From positions 630,001 to 662,000 of the forward strand of contig NZ_AP019769.1 in NCBI RefSeq assembly GCF_023169545.1: a DNA stretch of 32,000 bases, in the 5' to 3' direction. The notes under the pieces were generated by a model. The model saw only the letters and a program-made list of their open reading frames with translations. It was not told where the DNA came from and did no database searches. Below are positions 7,511 to 16,527 of the stretch, piece after piece; positions within the stretch are counted from its first letter, which is position 1; each line of letters begins with the position of its first letter. Made by a program: the position numbers and the translations under genes. This DNA is from Nanobdella aerobiophila. GTDB lineage: Archaea > Nanobdellota > Nanobdellia > Nanobdellales > Nanobdellaceae.

Positions 7511-8554
7511 ATGGAAGATATAAGAAATATATTAAAAGAACGAATAATAAAAGATTATATAAATACAGGAAAAGATCCTTTAAATAATATAATTGGACAA
7601 GAAAATTCAAAAAGACAAATATTATCATCTATATTGTCTGGAAGAAATATATTAATTATTGGTCCTCCAGGTACAGGTAAGACAACAATAGCAAAGAATC
7701 TATCTTTATTATTACCAGATATAGATTTTCCAGCTAATATACCATTTTGGGCGTATCCAGAATTTCCTTTTGTCCCTGAAGAGTATAGAAAGAAGTGGGA
7801 AGAGGGACCATTCATAAAACTCCACGGAAATGATAGATTTATCAGAATTCAAGGTTCTTATGATATATCTGTAGAGGACTTAATTGGAGATATAGATCCT
7901 TCAAAAGCTTTAAAATATGGAATACATTCCATAGAATCCTTTATACCAGGTAAGATATTTAGGGCCCAACATGGTATATTATTTTTTGATGAGATAAATA
8001 GGGCTCCACCAAAAGTTCAAAATTTATTATTAGAACTATTAGAAGAGAAAAAGATAACGATAGGTGCATATGAATTTCAGATTCCAATGGATATAATATT
8101 TATTGCCACTATGAATCCAGAAAATTATTATGGTACAGAAAAAATATCCGATGTGTTATTAGATAGATTCGATATAATAAATTTAAATTATCCAAAAAAT
8201 ATAGAAGAAGAAAAAAAGATAATATTAAAATATGGAAAGAATTTAAATATAGATTTTCCAGAAAATTTAATCGATCTATATCTAAATTTTATATTTGAAT
8301 TAAGAAATGATGATAAATTAGATAAAAAACCATCTCCAAGATCTAGCATCGGTATATATGAGAAAGCTCAATCATTGGCAATATTAGATAAAAAAGATAA
8401 GGTAGAAATACAACATATATTCGAAGCTATATTATCTGTACTGCCGCATAGGATTAGATTAAAACCTGCATACAAAATAGAAGATAATGAAGAAGGATAC
8501 ATAAAAAATAAATGGTCCTCATTCAATATAGGAAAAGGATTTCGGAGTAGATAA
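7511..8554 (+). CDS. MoxR-like AAA+ ATPase
   Basis: Walker A ILIIGPPGTGKTT and the diagnostic MoxR box ILFFDEINRAPPKVQNLLLELLEEKKITI, followed by IATMNPE...LLDRF. Confidence 0.85.
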   Translation: MEDIRNILKERIIKDYINTGKDPLNNIIGQENSKRQILSSILSGRNILIIGPPGTGKTTIAKNLSLLLPDIDFPANIPFWAYPEFPFVPEEYRKKWEEGPFIKLHGNDRFIRIQGSYDISVEDLIGDIDPSKALKYGIHSIESFIPGKIFRAQHGILFFDEINRAPPKVQNLLLELLEEKKITIGAYEFQIPMDIIFIATMNPENYYGTEKISDVLLDRFDIINLNYPKNIEEEKKIILKYGKNLNIDFPENLIDLYLNFIFELRNDDKLDKKPSPRSSIGIYEKAQSLAILDKKDKVEIQHIFEAILSVLPHRIRLKPAYKIEDNEEGYIKNKWSSFNIGKGFRSR

Positions 8555-8633
8555 TAATATAAATAGACCTGGAGAAAGCTTTAAGGAAAAAAGCAGGATA
8601 AATGATAATATAAAAGATATTGTAGAAGATATA

Positions 8634-9602
8634 TTGAGAGATGGAAATAGTATATTCGATATAAATAAGTATTATGATAATAGAAAAAGATATTCTAAAT
8701 TTATATCAAAGATTATAAACATAGACGAAAAGAGGATAAGAGACGATAAAAATGAAAGATTTGAAAAAGAACTAAAGAATTCACTGGAGAACATAAAAAA
8801 TATAATGATAAGAGAAGGGTATTTAAAAGAAGACGGACAATTATCTGAACAAAGTTTAAGATTATATGCAAAAGAGATAATTGGCGATATAGAAAAAGAA
8901 ATATCTGGAATATTTGAGTATGGAAAATTTTATTCTAATAATATAGGAAAAGATGAATATCTATTCGGAAAAAACTTTGGCATAGGTGATAAATATAACG
9001 AAATTGATATTAAAAATACTATAAGAGAATATATTAAAAATAGAGATATAAAATTTATTGTAGAAAAGAAAAGAGAAAATAAGGGCGGTAAATATATAAT
9101 ATTGCTAGATATATCTGGAAGCATGATAGGAAAAAAGATATATGAAGCTAAAAAGGCACTAATTGTATTGATAGAAAAAATATTGATAGATAATAACGCC
9201 GTCGATCTAATATTATTTAACGATAAATCAATAAAGAAATATTATAATATAAATAAAATAGAAAATATTATAGATATATTAAAGCTTGTTCCTAATGGTA
9301 GCACAGACATCGCCTCCACACTATATGAAGTATATAATGATATAGATAGTTTTTCACATATAATAATCATTACTGATGCATTGCCTACATATGGAGAAAA
9401 ACCTATTGATAGAACATTAGAAATTACAAAGATAATAAGTAATAAAGCATATATATCAATAATTGGTATAGGATTAAATCAGGAGGGAGAGAGGATAGCA
9501 AAACTTATAACTAAATATGGAAATGGAAGATTATTTATAACTAAAAATATAGAAGACTTGAAAAAATTAGTTCTTATAGAATATGAATTGTCTAAATTAT
9601 AG
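8634..9602 (+). CDS. von Willebrand factor A (VWA) domain protein, partner of the MoxR-like ATPase
   Basis: MIDAS motif ILLDISGSM, with downstream GSTDI and IIITDA. The start is uncertain: TTG at 8634 is the first ATG/GTG/TTG start-type codon, and the frame is open from 8532 with no ATG, GTG or TTG before it. Confidence 0.8.
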   Translation: MRDGNSIFDINKYYDNRKRYSKFISKIINIDEKRIRDDKNERFEKELKNSLENIKNIMIREGYLKEDGQLSEQSLRLYAKEIIGDIEKEISGIFEYGKFYSNNIGKDEYLFGKNFGIGDKYNEIDIKNTIREYIKNRDIKFIVEKKRENKGGKYIILLDISGSMIGKKIYEAKKALIVLIEKILIDNNAVDLILFNDKSIKKYYNINKIENIIDILKLVPNGSTDIASTLYEVYNDIDSFSHIIIITDALPTYGEKPIDRTLEITKIISNKAYISIIGIGLNQEGERIAKLITKYGNGRLFITKNIEDLKKLVLIEYELSKL

Positions 9603-10149
9603 ACTTTAATATGTCTTTTTCAGCTATATTTTCTCCCAAATATTTCTTATATTTTCCAGATAATTTTTTCTTAGCTACCTCCAAATAAAAGTCTATATTT
9701 TTCATAAATTCTAGTTTATTGAAATATATAGATAATACAATATCTTTATAATGTATTTGGGCTGCTCTAGTATATGGTTTTCCAAAAGATAGTCTCATTC
9801 CTTGTGAAATCCTGTCCGCACCTGCACCATATACTAATGAATGCTCTCTTACCACATGATGCGGATATTTTCTTACAATAAATAAGAATTCTTTTACTTC
9901 TTCTTCTAGATATTTTGTTAAATTTGTTCTAACAGATTCTAAAGCATAATCAGATAATTGTATTGTTTCTATAGAAATTATGTGCCCTGCATATTTCCAT
10001 TGGTCTATTGGTACACTCTTCAATCCCATTATATTCATTCTTAATTTTGATACTGGAGATCCTGGTATTTTATTATGCTTCTTACTATATGAAAATCTTG
10101 TATATGGTCTTTCAATTTCTTTAAATATTCTCCAAGGCCTTTTTGCCAT
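9592..10149 (-). CDS. rpl10e: Ribosomal protein L10e (uL16)
   Basis: RPWRIFKEIERPYTR..., YPHHVVREH...GAGADRISQGMRLSFGKP. Confidence 0.9.
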   Translation of the reverse strand: MAKRPWRIFKEIERPYTRFSYSKKHNKIPGSPVSKLRMNIMGLKSVPIDQWKYAGHIISIETIQLSDYALESVRTNLTKYLEEEVKEFLFIVRKYPHHVVREHSLVYGAGADRISQGMRLSFGKPYTRAAQIHYKDIVLSIYFNKLEFMKNIDFYLEVAKKKLSGKYKKYLGENIAEKDILKSII

Positions 10150-10628
10150 TATAACATTCTTTTCAACAATATATTTATATCTTTGCCATAATAACCATAA
10201 GCGCCACCATGTTTATAATCGAACTTTATTCCCTTCCTTTTATAGCCTCCTTTTGGTGGAACCAGTCTAAAGAATGGTTTTATATCTTGTATATCATTCA
10301 TATTTATCTCTGAATTGTATAATTTTTCAACAAATTCATCAAAACTCATTTTTAACTTATCCTTTATATAATCTTCTGTCAATTTTTTATTTCCTTTTAT
10401 TCTCCCTCTATTCAATAACAATTCTTTTAATGTATCTCTATCTATTTCCCCCCATGCTACCCAGGGTTCTACTTTTCTTACCATATTTACTATAGAATCT
10501 GTCTTATCAAGTATAACTGCATAGTTATTTCTTCTCAACCTTAGTAAATACAATGTATCCTTTATCTCTTTTTTCGCTTTATTTGTTCCTCTAATTCTTA
10601 TAACTATGATCTTCTCCATTTTATGCAA
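10149..10628 (-). CDS. rpl30p: Ribosomal protein L30 (uL30)
   Basis: IVIRIRGTNKAKKEIKDTLYLLRLRRNNYAVIL...WVAWGE. Lies immediately downstream of S5, the canonical S5-L30 order. Confidence 0.9.
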   Translation of the reverse strand: MHKMEKIIVIRIRGTNKAKKEIKDTLYLLRLRRNNYAVILDKTDSIVNMVRKVEPWVAWGEIDRDTLKELLLNRGRIKGNKKLTEDYIKDKLKMSFDEFVEKLYNSEINMNDIQDIKPFFRLVPPKGGYKRKGIKFDYKHGGAYGYYGKDINILLKRML

Positions 10629-11379
10629 ATCCTATCTTTATTCCCGATATCTCTTTATATTCTGGCCTTATTCTATAATCTAGAGTCTTCTTTAGTGCAT
10701 TATATGTAGCTACAGCAAAATTAATCCTCTTTCTTGTCTGACCAAATGATTTCATCCATAGATCTCTTATACCTGCAAGCTTTAATATTTTCTTCATTTC
10801 TTCAGAGGCGACAAGACCGATACCTTTTGGAGCTGGCAATAATGTTACTCTAACAGAACCTGAACTTCCATCTACCCTATAGGGCAAAGAATGCGGTGTC
10901 CTACAAGAACATTCCCAAGAACCGCATCCCCTGGCAATTGGAATTATGTTTAATTTTGCAATCCTCAATGCTTTCTCCATGGATAATTGAACATCCCAAG
11001 ATTTTCCAACTCCAACACCTATATACCCATTTTCATTTCCGACTGCCGCGATAGAGACCCAAGATGTCTTATTACCCTCGGCAGTCTTCCTTTGAACCAT
11101 TTTTACCAATTTTGGTCTCCTATATTTTCCCCTTGACAATGATAATTTTATATAATTATATTTTAGATTTGGTAACAATATATCCACAACCTCTGGCTCT
11201 AATATCTTGTATCCTTGAGAAAATACCTGTTCTATTGATGTTATTTTTCCTTCCTTAACCAATTTTCCTAATTTGGTTTTTGGATTCCAAGAATCTAAGT
11301 CATTATTCGTATTATCTATCTTTTTTAATGTTTCATTTTCTTTTTCTTCAGCTTTTTCTAATATATCATTATCTACCAT
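10621..11379 (-). CDS. rps5p: Ribosomal protein S5 (uS5)
   Basis: WNPKTKLGKLVKEGKITSIEQVF..., VAVGNENGYIGVGVGKS, and a C-terminal S5 domain (LLPAPKGIGLVA). Confidence 0.9.
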   Translation of the reverse strand: MVDNDILEKAEEKENETLKKIDNTNNDLDSWNPKTKLGKLVKEGKITSIEQVFSQGYKILEPEVVDILLPNLKYNYIKLSLSRGKYRRPKLVKMVQRKTAEGNKTSWVSIAAVGNENGYIGVGVGKSWDVQLSMEKALRIAKLNIIPIARGCGSWECSCRTPHSLPYRVDGSSGSVRVTLLPAPKGIGLVASEEMKKILKLAGIRDLWMKSFGQTRKRINFAVATYNALKKTLDYRIRPEYKEISGIKIGFA

Positions 11380-11537
11380 TTTCTATCTAATTTATAACTC
11401 CATGAATATGCCCTTAATTTACTAGTCCTCCCGAAACCACAATGTGAACAGTATCCCTTATCTGGATTATATGTCATTCTCCCACATCTTCTACATATAA
11501 CATGATTCTTTTTATTTACGCCACCAGTCGTAGTCAT
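11373..11537 (-). CDS. rpl37e: Ribosomal protein L37e (eL37), 54 aa, below the ORF-track size cutoff
   Basis: Hand translation gives MTTTGGVNKKNHVICRRCGRMTYNPDKGYCSHCGFGRTSKLRAYSWSYKLDRKW. It has the CxxC...CxxC zinc ribbon and RAYSW typical of L37e. Its stop overlaps the S5 start (A-TGG-TAG / ATG). Confidence 0.8.
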   Translation of the reverse strand: MTTTGGVNKKNHVICRRCGRMTYNPDKGYCSHCGFGRTSKLRAYSWSYKLDRKW

Positions 11538-11625
11538 TTATCATGATATATATAATAAGTTTTATAAAAGATATTGAAAGATAAATTTTCAGTATAATTA
11601 TGAATCTTTTTATTATAAAATTTTT

Positions 11626-12036
11626 ATGGAAAAAAATAAAAGTACATCATATAATATAAACTTATATCCATTTATAGAACTTCTGGTAACGATTGGCGTT
11701 TTGATTGAACTTTATATTAATAACATGAGTTTTTATATGATTTATAGTATTTGCCTACCAATAATGGCAATTATTATACTAATATATATAAATAATAACG
11801 GAAAATTTCGATATAACTTAAAATATATTTCAAAATTTTCGGATTATATATCTAATTTTTATATTTACATATTTATTATTTCTTTATTATTAGCTATAAT
11901 ATTATTAATCTTATATTATTCTTTTAACAAATACATAGATATATTTTCATCTATAATAGAATTATTATCCATATTAGAAGGCACGATTGTTATAAGTTTA
12001 ATGACTAGCAAAGTAAAAAATTATCAAAAATATTAA
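11626..12036 (+). CDS. Hypothetical multi-pass membrane protein (136 aa)
   Basis: Four hydrophobic segments. Ends 1 nt before the glycosyltransferase start. Confidence 0.5.
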   Translation: MEKNKSTSYNINLYPFIELLVTIGVLIELYINNMSFYMIYSICLPIMAIIILIYINNNGKFRYNLKYISKFSDYISNFYIYIFIISLLLAIILLILYYSFNKYIDIFSSIIELLSILEGTIVISLMTSKVKNYQKY

Positions 12037-12037
12037 A

Positions 12038-13090
12038 ATGAATATATCTATTATAATACCTACTTTAAATGAAAAAAATAATATCAAAGAATTAATTGAA
12101 AGGATAGAAAATACATTAAAGAATATTCCTTATGAAATTATTTTTATTGATGATGGATCAAAAGATGGAACTATTGATGAAATAAACAAATATAAAAATA
12201 ATAATGTAATTTTAATTGAAAGAGGGAGTAAAAAAGGATTGGGATCTGCATTTATTGATGGATTAAAGATATCTAAAGGTAAATATATAGTTTTAATGGA
12301 TGCAGATTTACAACATCCTCCAGAATTATTAATTGAATTATATAATAATATAAAAGATTACGATCTAGTAATTGCATCAAGATATATAAAAGGCGGATCT
12401 GTTGAAAATTGGAATATAATAAGAAAAATAATATCAAAAGGTGCTATATTTATTTCTCATTTATTATTACCTGAAACAAAAAAAATAAAAGATACAATGT
12501 CAGGTTATTTTATTATTAGAAAAGAATTATTAAATGATTTTAATGTAACGGATCCTCATGAGTATAAAGTATTATTAGATATTTTGGTAAAAATAAAGCC
12601 TGAGAAAATTTTAGAAATTCCTTATATATTTAAAGAAAGAAAATATGGAAAATCAAAATTAGGTAAAAAAATAATATTTGGATATTTAAAACAGGTATTA
12701 AAATTATTTTCCTGGGAACAATTTATTAAATTTAATTTGGTTGGTATATCAGGTATTTTTATTAATTTAGGTTCTCTATATTTATTATACAATTTTTTAC
12801 CATTTTATTTATCTTCATTTTTAGCAATTTTTATTTCAATAATATGGGTATTCATTTTTAATGACATTTGGGTATTTAGAGAAGAGAGGAAATATAAAAA
12901 ATTCTGGAAAAGATTTATTGAATTTGTAGGAGGTAGAAGTATTATATCAAAACCTGTACAATATTTAATAGCTTTAGGATTTTATTATATATTCGGCATA
13001 AATTATATAATATCACAATTAATAGGAATAATTATTGCTGCAATAATAAATTGGTTTTATACAAAAAATTATGTATATCGGATTTCATGA
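12038..13090 (+). CDS. Family 2 glycosyltransferase (dolichyl-phosphate sugar synthase-like) fused to a C-terminal GtrA-like membrane domain
   Basis: IIIPTLNE, IIFIDDGSKDGT, MDADLQHPP (GT2 DxD region). C-terminal FIKFNLVGISGIFINLG... with four TM segments (GtrA-like). Confidence 0.85.
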   Translation: MNISIIIPTLNEKNNIKELIERIENTLKNIPYEIIFIDDGSKDGTIDEINKYKNNNVILIERGSKKGLGSAFIDGLKISKGKYIVLMDADLQHPPELLIELYNNIKDYDLVIASRYIKGGSVENWNIIRKIISKGAIFISHLLLPETKKIKDTMSGYFIIRKELLNDFNVTDPHEYKVLLDILVKIKPEKILEIPYIFKERKYGKSKLGKKIIFGYLKQVLKLFSWEQFIKFNLVGISGIFINLGSLYLLYNFLPFYLSSFLAIFISIIWVFIFNDIWVFREERKYKKFWKRFIEFVGGRSIISKPVQYLIALGFYYIFGINYIISQLIGIIIAAIINWFYTKNYVYRIS

Positions 13091-13422
13091 ACAATATCTC
13101 CATATGACCTCTGAAGTATAATATAAATTGCAATATCATTAGAGTTATTTGAAAATGATATACTAATACTATCATATCATAGTCATTCTCTAAATAAGCT
13201 ATTATCTATCCTATTTACAGATCTTTTACTAGATAGATTGTTATTGTTTTGAATGCTTTATTCATCTGCTAAAGATCCTTATTTATAAAGATTCAATAGT
13301 TCTGACAAGCCCTTACATGATTTTAAAAACCCATACAAGTCCCGCATACACTATAATCACAAAAAATATTTTTTACATAAGGTCATAGTTAACTTAAATA
13401 TTTGTAAGTATTGTAAAAAATA

Positions 13423-13872
13423 ATGGACGAAGATTTAATCGTTATTAAAATTTATAATTATACGACCAGATCCTTAAGGTCCATAATGAGCATAATATCC
13501 TATATAATATTAATAGGCTTCATAATGTATTTATCAATCTATAATTACATTTTAATATTTATATTTTCTGTCATAACTATAATATCATTTTATATTAAAA
13601 ATATAATAAAAAAGGAAAGGCCAATAGATAAATTTGATATAGAAAGAAAAAATATAATAGATAACTTTTCATTTCCGAGTATTCACACAATATTATCCAT
13701 TTTTATATTCTTTATAACAATAAATCCCATAATATTAATAGTCCCTATCTTAAGGGTCTTATCTCTAAGACATTATATTGTAGATGTATTATATTCTTCA
13801 TTTATCGGAATTTCTATATATTTACTATATTATATTTTATATTATCAACATTTTATTATATTTCGATGGTAA
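13423..13872 (+). CDS. PAP2-superfamily (polyprenyl/dolichyl-pyrophosphate) phosphatase-like membrane protein
   Basis: All three PAP2 motifs are recognisable: K..KKERP, SFPSIHT (PSGH variant), and LSLRHYIVDVL (SR...H...D). Confidence 0.6.
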   Translation: MDEDLIVIKIYNYTTRSLRSIMSIISYIILIGFIMYLSIYNYILIFIFSVITIISFYIKNIIKKERPIDKFDIERKNIIDNFSFPSIHTILSIFIFFITINPIILIVPILRVLSLRHYIVDVLYSSFIGISIYLLYYILYYQHFIIFRW

Positions 13873-13914
13873 AAAATATCAAAAATTGTTATTATTCCAT
13901 AACAAAATGACAGG

Positions 13915-15192
13915 TTATTTATAAATAATATTTTTAATATTATCTAGTTCTTCAATTTTTATATTTATTCTTTCTTTTGTCTCTCTATCTTGTAATAATA
14001 CAAAGCCATTTTTAATCTCTTTTTCCCCCACAATTAGCAGATATCTAATATCTTTATCTACTGCATATTTTATTTGTTTATTAAAATCTCTACTCATAAT
14101 ATCTATATAACAATTTATACCAATAGATCTTAATTTATTACATATACTCCATGCGTCTTTTAATGTATTATTAAAATATACCACTACTAGATCTGTATAT
14201 GTCTTTTTTTTCATCTTAAATATCTTTAATTCTATACCCGCATCAATTAACCTCTCTATTCCTATACTACCTCCAACTGCTGGTATATCTCTATTAGAAA
14301 ATTTTCCTATAAGATTATCATACCTACCACCACCTGCTAAAGAACCGATCTTAGGTTCATCGACTCTTGCCTCAAATATCATACCAGTATAATAATCCAA
14401 TCCTCTTACTAAAGATAAAGATAATTCTACATTTTTTTTATCTACTAATAAATCAAAGATATTATTATTATAATTTATCAGTTCATTTAGATCATTAAAT
14501 TTTGACAAATAATCGATTAGTTCCTGATCCTTCAGTTGTATTATATTTATTATTTTATTAGATGTATCTGTATCTAATATAGAATTCAGTTCCTTTTCTA
14601 CGTTTTCTATACCTATCTTATCTAACTTATCTATAATATTATATACTTTAAATATTTTATCCTGATTTATTGATAATAATTTTTCAAATATGTACCTTAA
14701 AAATTCTCTATTATTTATTATAATCTTGTAATTATTGAATTTAAATTCCTTAAAAACTTCAATTACTAGATTTATTATTTCTGCATCACTTGTGTACTCC
14801 CTTGATCCTATTATGTCGAAATCCGCCTGATAGAACTCTCTATACCTCCCTTTTTGGGGATTATCGTACCTATAAGACTTATCAATTACATATCTCTTAA
14901 ATGGGAGTGGGAATTGAAATCTAGAATAGAATCTTGCCAAAGGAATAGTATGATCATATCTTAATGAGTATTCTTTATCAGAATAAGGTAGTCTAAATCT
15001 CCATATTAATTTATTTTCTGCTTCTTCGCCATATTTTCCTTTTAGTATATCCCAATATTCTACTGTCGATGTCTCTATAGGATCAAAGCCGTATCTAATA
15101 AAAATTTTTTCTATCCTATTAAAAATTTTCTTTCTTAATATCTTTATCTCTGGAGTAAAGTCCCTCAAACCTGCAGGTGGTTCTAAATTCAT
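13915..15192 (-). CDS. hisS: Histidyl-tRNA synthetase
   Basis: PAGLRDFTP, LRYDHTIPLAR, RYREFYQADFDIIG, GGGRYDNLI, GGSIGIERL. Confidence 0.92.
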   Translation of the reverse strand: MNLEPPAGLRDFTPEIKILRKKIFNRIEKIFIRYGFDPIETSTVEYWDILKGKYGEEAENKLIWRFRLPYSDKEYSLRYDHTIPLARFYSRFQFPLPFKRYVIDKSYRYDNPQKGRYREFYQADFDIIGSREYTSDAEIINLVIEVFKEFKFNNYKIIINNREFLRYIFEKLLSINQDKIFKVYNIIDKLDKIGIENVEKELNSILDTDTSNKIINIIQLKDQELIDYLSKFNDLNELINYNNNIFDLLVDKKNVELSLSLVRGLDYYTGMIFEARVDEPKIGSLAGGGRYDNLIGKFSNRDIPAVGGSIGIERLIDAGIELKIFKMKKKTYTDLVVVYFNNTLKDAWSICNKLRSIGINCYIDIMSRDFNKQIKYAVDKDIRYLLIVGEKEIKNGFVLLQDRETKERINIKIEELDNIKNIIYK

Positions 15193-15233
15193 TATAATAT
15201 TTTAAAAATATTCTTTAATAAGATATTTCTATC

Positions 15234-15680
15234 ATGGTTGTTCATAGAAGGAAAAAATATAGGAAATCATTAGGATCAAGATATGCTAGAAGAGGGAATA
15301 GTGATAGAAATAGAGGAAAAGGAAATAAAGGTGGAGCTGGATTTTCTGGATGGAGATTTAAGAAACAGAAATATATAAAAATAATAAAAGAATTTCCAGA
15401 AAAGCTGGAGGACAAAAAAGGATTTACAAACCCAAGATATAATAAACAAAAGACCTACATAAATTTAAGAGATATTAATAATTATTTTGATTTATTATTA
15501 GAAGAGGGTATATTAAAAGAGGAAAATAATGTATATATATTAAATTTAAATGAATTAAATATAGATAAATTATTAGGAACTGGAAAAATTGATAAGAAAA
15601 TGACTATAATAGTAAAAGAAGCTTCAGAAAATGCAATAGAAAAGGTTAAAAATATAGGTGGAGAAGTTATAATTCAATAA
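15234..15680 (+). CDS. rpl15p: Ribosomal protein L15 (uL15)
   Basis: Basic Gly-rich N-terminus RRKKYRKSLGSRYARRGNSDRNRGKGNKGGAG... typical of archaeal L15. Confidence 0.85.
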   Translation: MVVHRRKKYRKSLGSRYARRGNSDRNRGKGNKGGAGFSGWRFKKQKYIKIIKEFPEKLEDKKGFTNPRYNKQKTYINLRDINNYFDLLLEEGILKEENNVYILNLNELNIDKLLGTGKIDKKMTIIVKEASENAIEKVKNIGGEVIIQ

Positions 15681-16129
15681 TGGACTTATCTTCAAAGAAG
15701 AGGATAGCAGCGGATATATTAAATGTAGGTATAGATAGGGTTTGGATAGACCCTAATAAACTAGAAGATGTTCAAAAGGCATTGAGCAGACAAGATATAA
15801 AGGACCTAATAGATAAGGGAATAATAAGGTCCAAGCAAATAAAAGGACAATCAAGAGTTTTAGCTAGATATAAGCAACTACAAAGACTTAAAGGTAGAAG
15901 GAGAGGTATAGGAAATAGAAAAGGAACAAAAAAGGCTAGAAACAACAAAAAAGAAAAGTGGATGATAAAAATAAGGGCAATAAGGAGATTAATAAAACAA
16001 TTAAAATCTGAAAACAAAATAGATAGATCGACATATAGAATTATATATAATAAATCGAAAAGTGGAGCCTTTAGAAACAAGAGACACATATTAACATATC
16101 TAAAAGAGACAGGTATATTAAAAGAATAA
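15680..16129 (+). CDS. rpl19e: Ribosomal protein L19e (eL19)
   Basis: SSKKRIAADILNVGIDRVWIDPNKLEDV..., GQSRVLAR...KGRRRGIGNRKGTKKAR...W...IRAIRR. Confidence 0.9.
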   Translation: MDLSSKKRIAADILNVGIDRVWIDPNKLEDVQKALSRQDIKDLIDKGIIRSKQIKGQSRVLARYKQLQRLKGRRRGIGNRKGTKKARNNKKEKWMIKIRAIRRLIKQLKSENKIDRSTYRIIYNKSKSGAFRNKRHILTYLKETGILKE

Positions 16130-16136
16130 TTTCTAT

Positions 16137-16211
16137 GCCCCCACCGGGATTTGAACCCGGGTCACAGGGGTGAGGACCCTGTATCCTTGACCGGACTAGA
16201 AGATAGGGGCG
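16137..16211 (-). tRNA. tRNA, most likely tRNA-Glu(CUC), with an unusual anticodon loop (UCCUCAC, C at position 33)
   Basis: Hand-folded cloverleaf. Acceptor GCCCCUA/UGGGGGC plus A73. D-loop AGUCCGGUCAA and T-arm CCGGG-UUCAAAU-CCCGG resemble archaeal tRNA-Glu. Anticodon stem CAGGG/CCCUG. No encoded CCA. Confidence 0.8.
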
Positions 16212-16233
16212 ATTTATTTTTTATTTATAATAT

Positions 16234-16241
16234 ATTTAAAA
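16234..16241 (-). promoter_or_regulatory. TATA box (TTTAAATA) for the tRNA at 16137-16211
   Basis: The plus strand reads tatttaaa, i.e. positions -30 to -23 relative to the mature tRNA 5' end (16211). Confidence 0.4.
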
Positions 16242-16242
16242 A

Positions 16243-16527
16243 TTATGGATTCTTAAATATATACTCTGTTCCATTTTCCATAATAACTATATTAGTCCCA
16301 TTATAATAACATATTATATTTTCCTCTAAACAGATGTTATAATATGTATTATTTATTATAAATGATTCATTTGGATACAATAATAGCTTTACATAAAAAT
16401 CCTGGCCAATATAATAACCAAAATTGTTTTTATAATAATAATTATTATCAAATTTTGACAAAAACACTAGAGTAATAAATAATATTAATACTAGATATAA
16501 TAATATAAATTGAGATTTCATTTCCAA
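16243..16527 (-). CDS. Small secreted/membrane-anchored protein with a pilin-like hydrophobic N-terminus (94 aa)
   Basis: N-terminus M(EM)KSQFILLYLVLILFITLVFLS shares MKSQF with the 28093 ORF. Tyr/Asn-rich with several N-x-S/T sequons. Overlaps the upstream ORF by 10 nt. Confidence 0.55.
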   Translation of the reverse strand: MEMKSQFILLYLVLILFITLVFLSKFDNNYYYKNNFGYYIGQDFYVKLLLYPNESFIINNTYYNICLEENIICYYNGTNIVIMENGTEYIFKNP

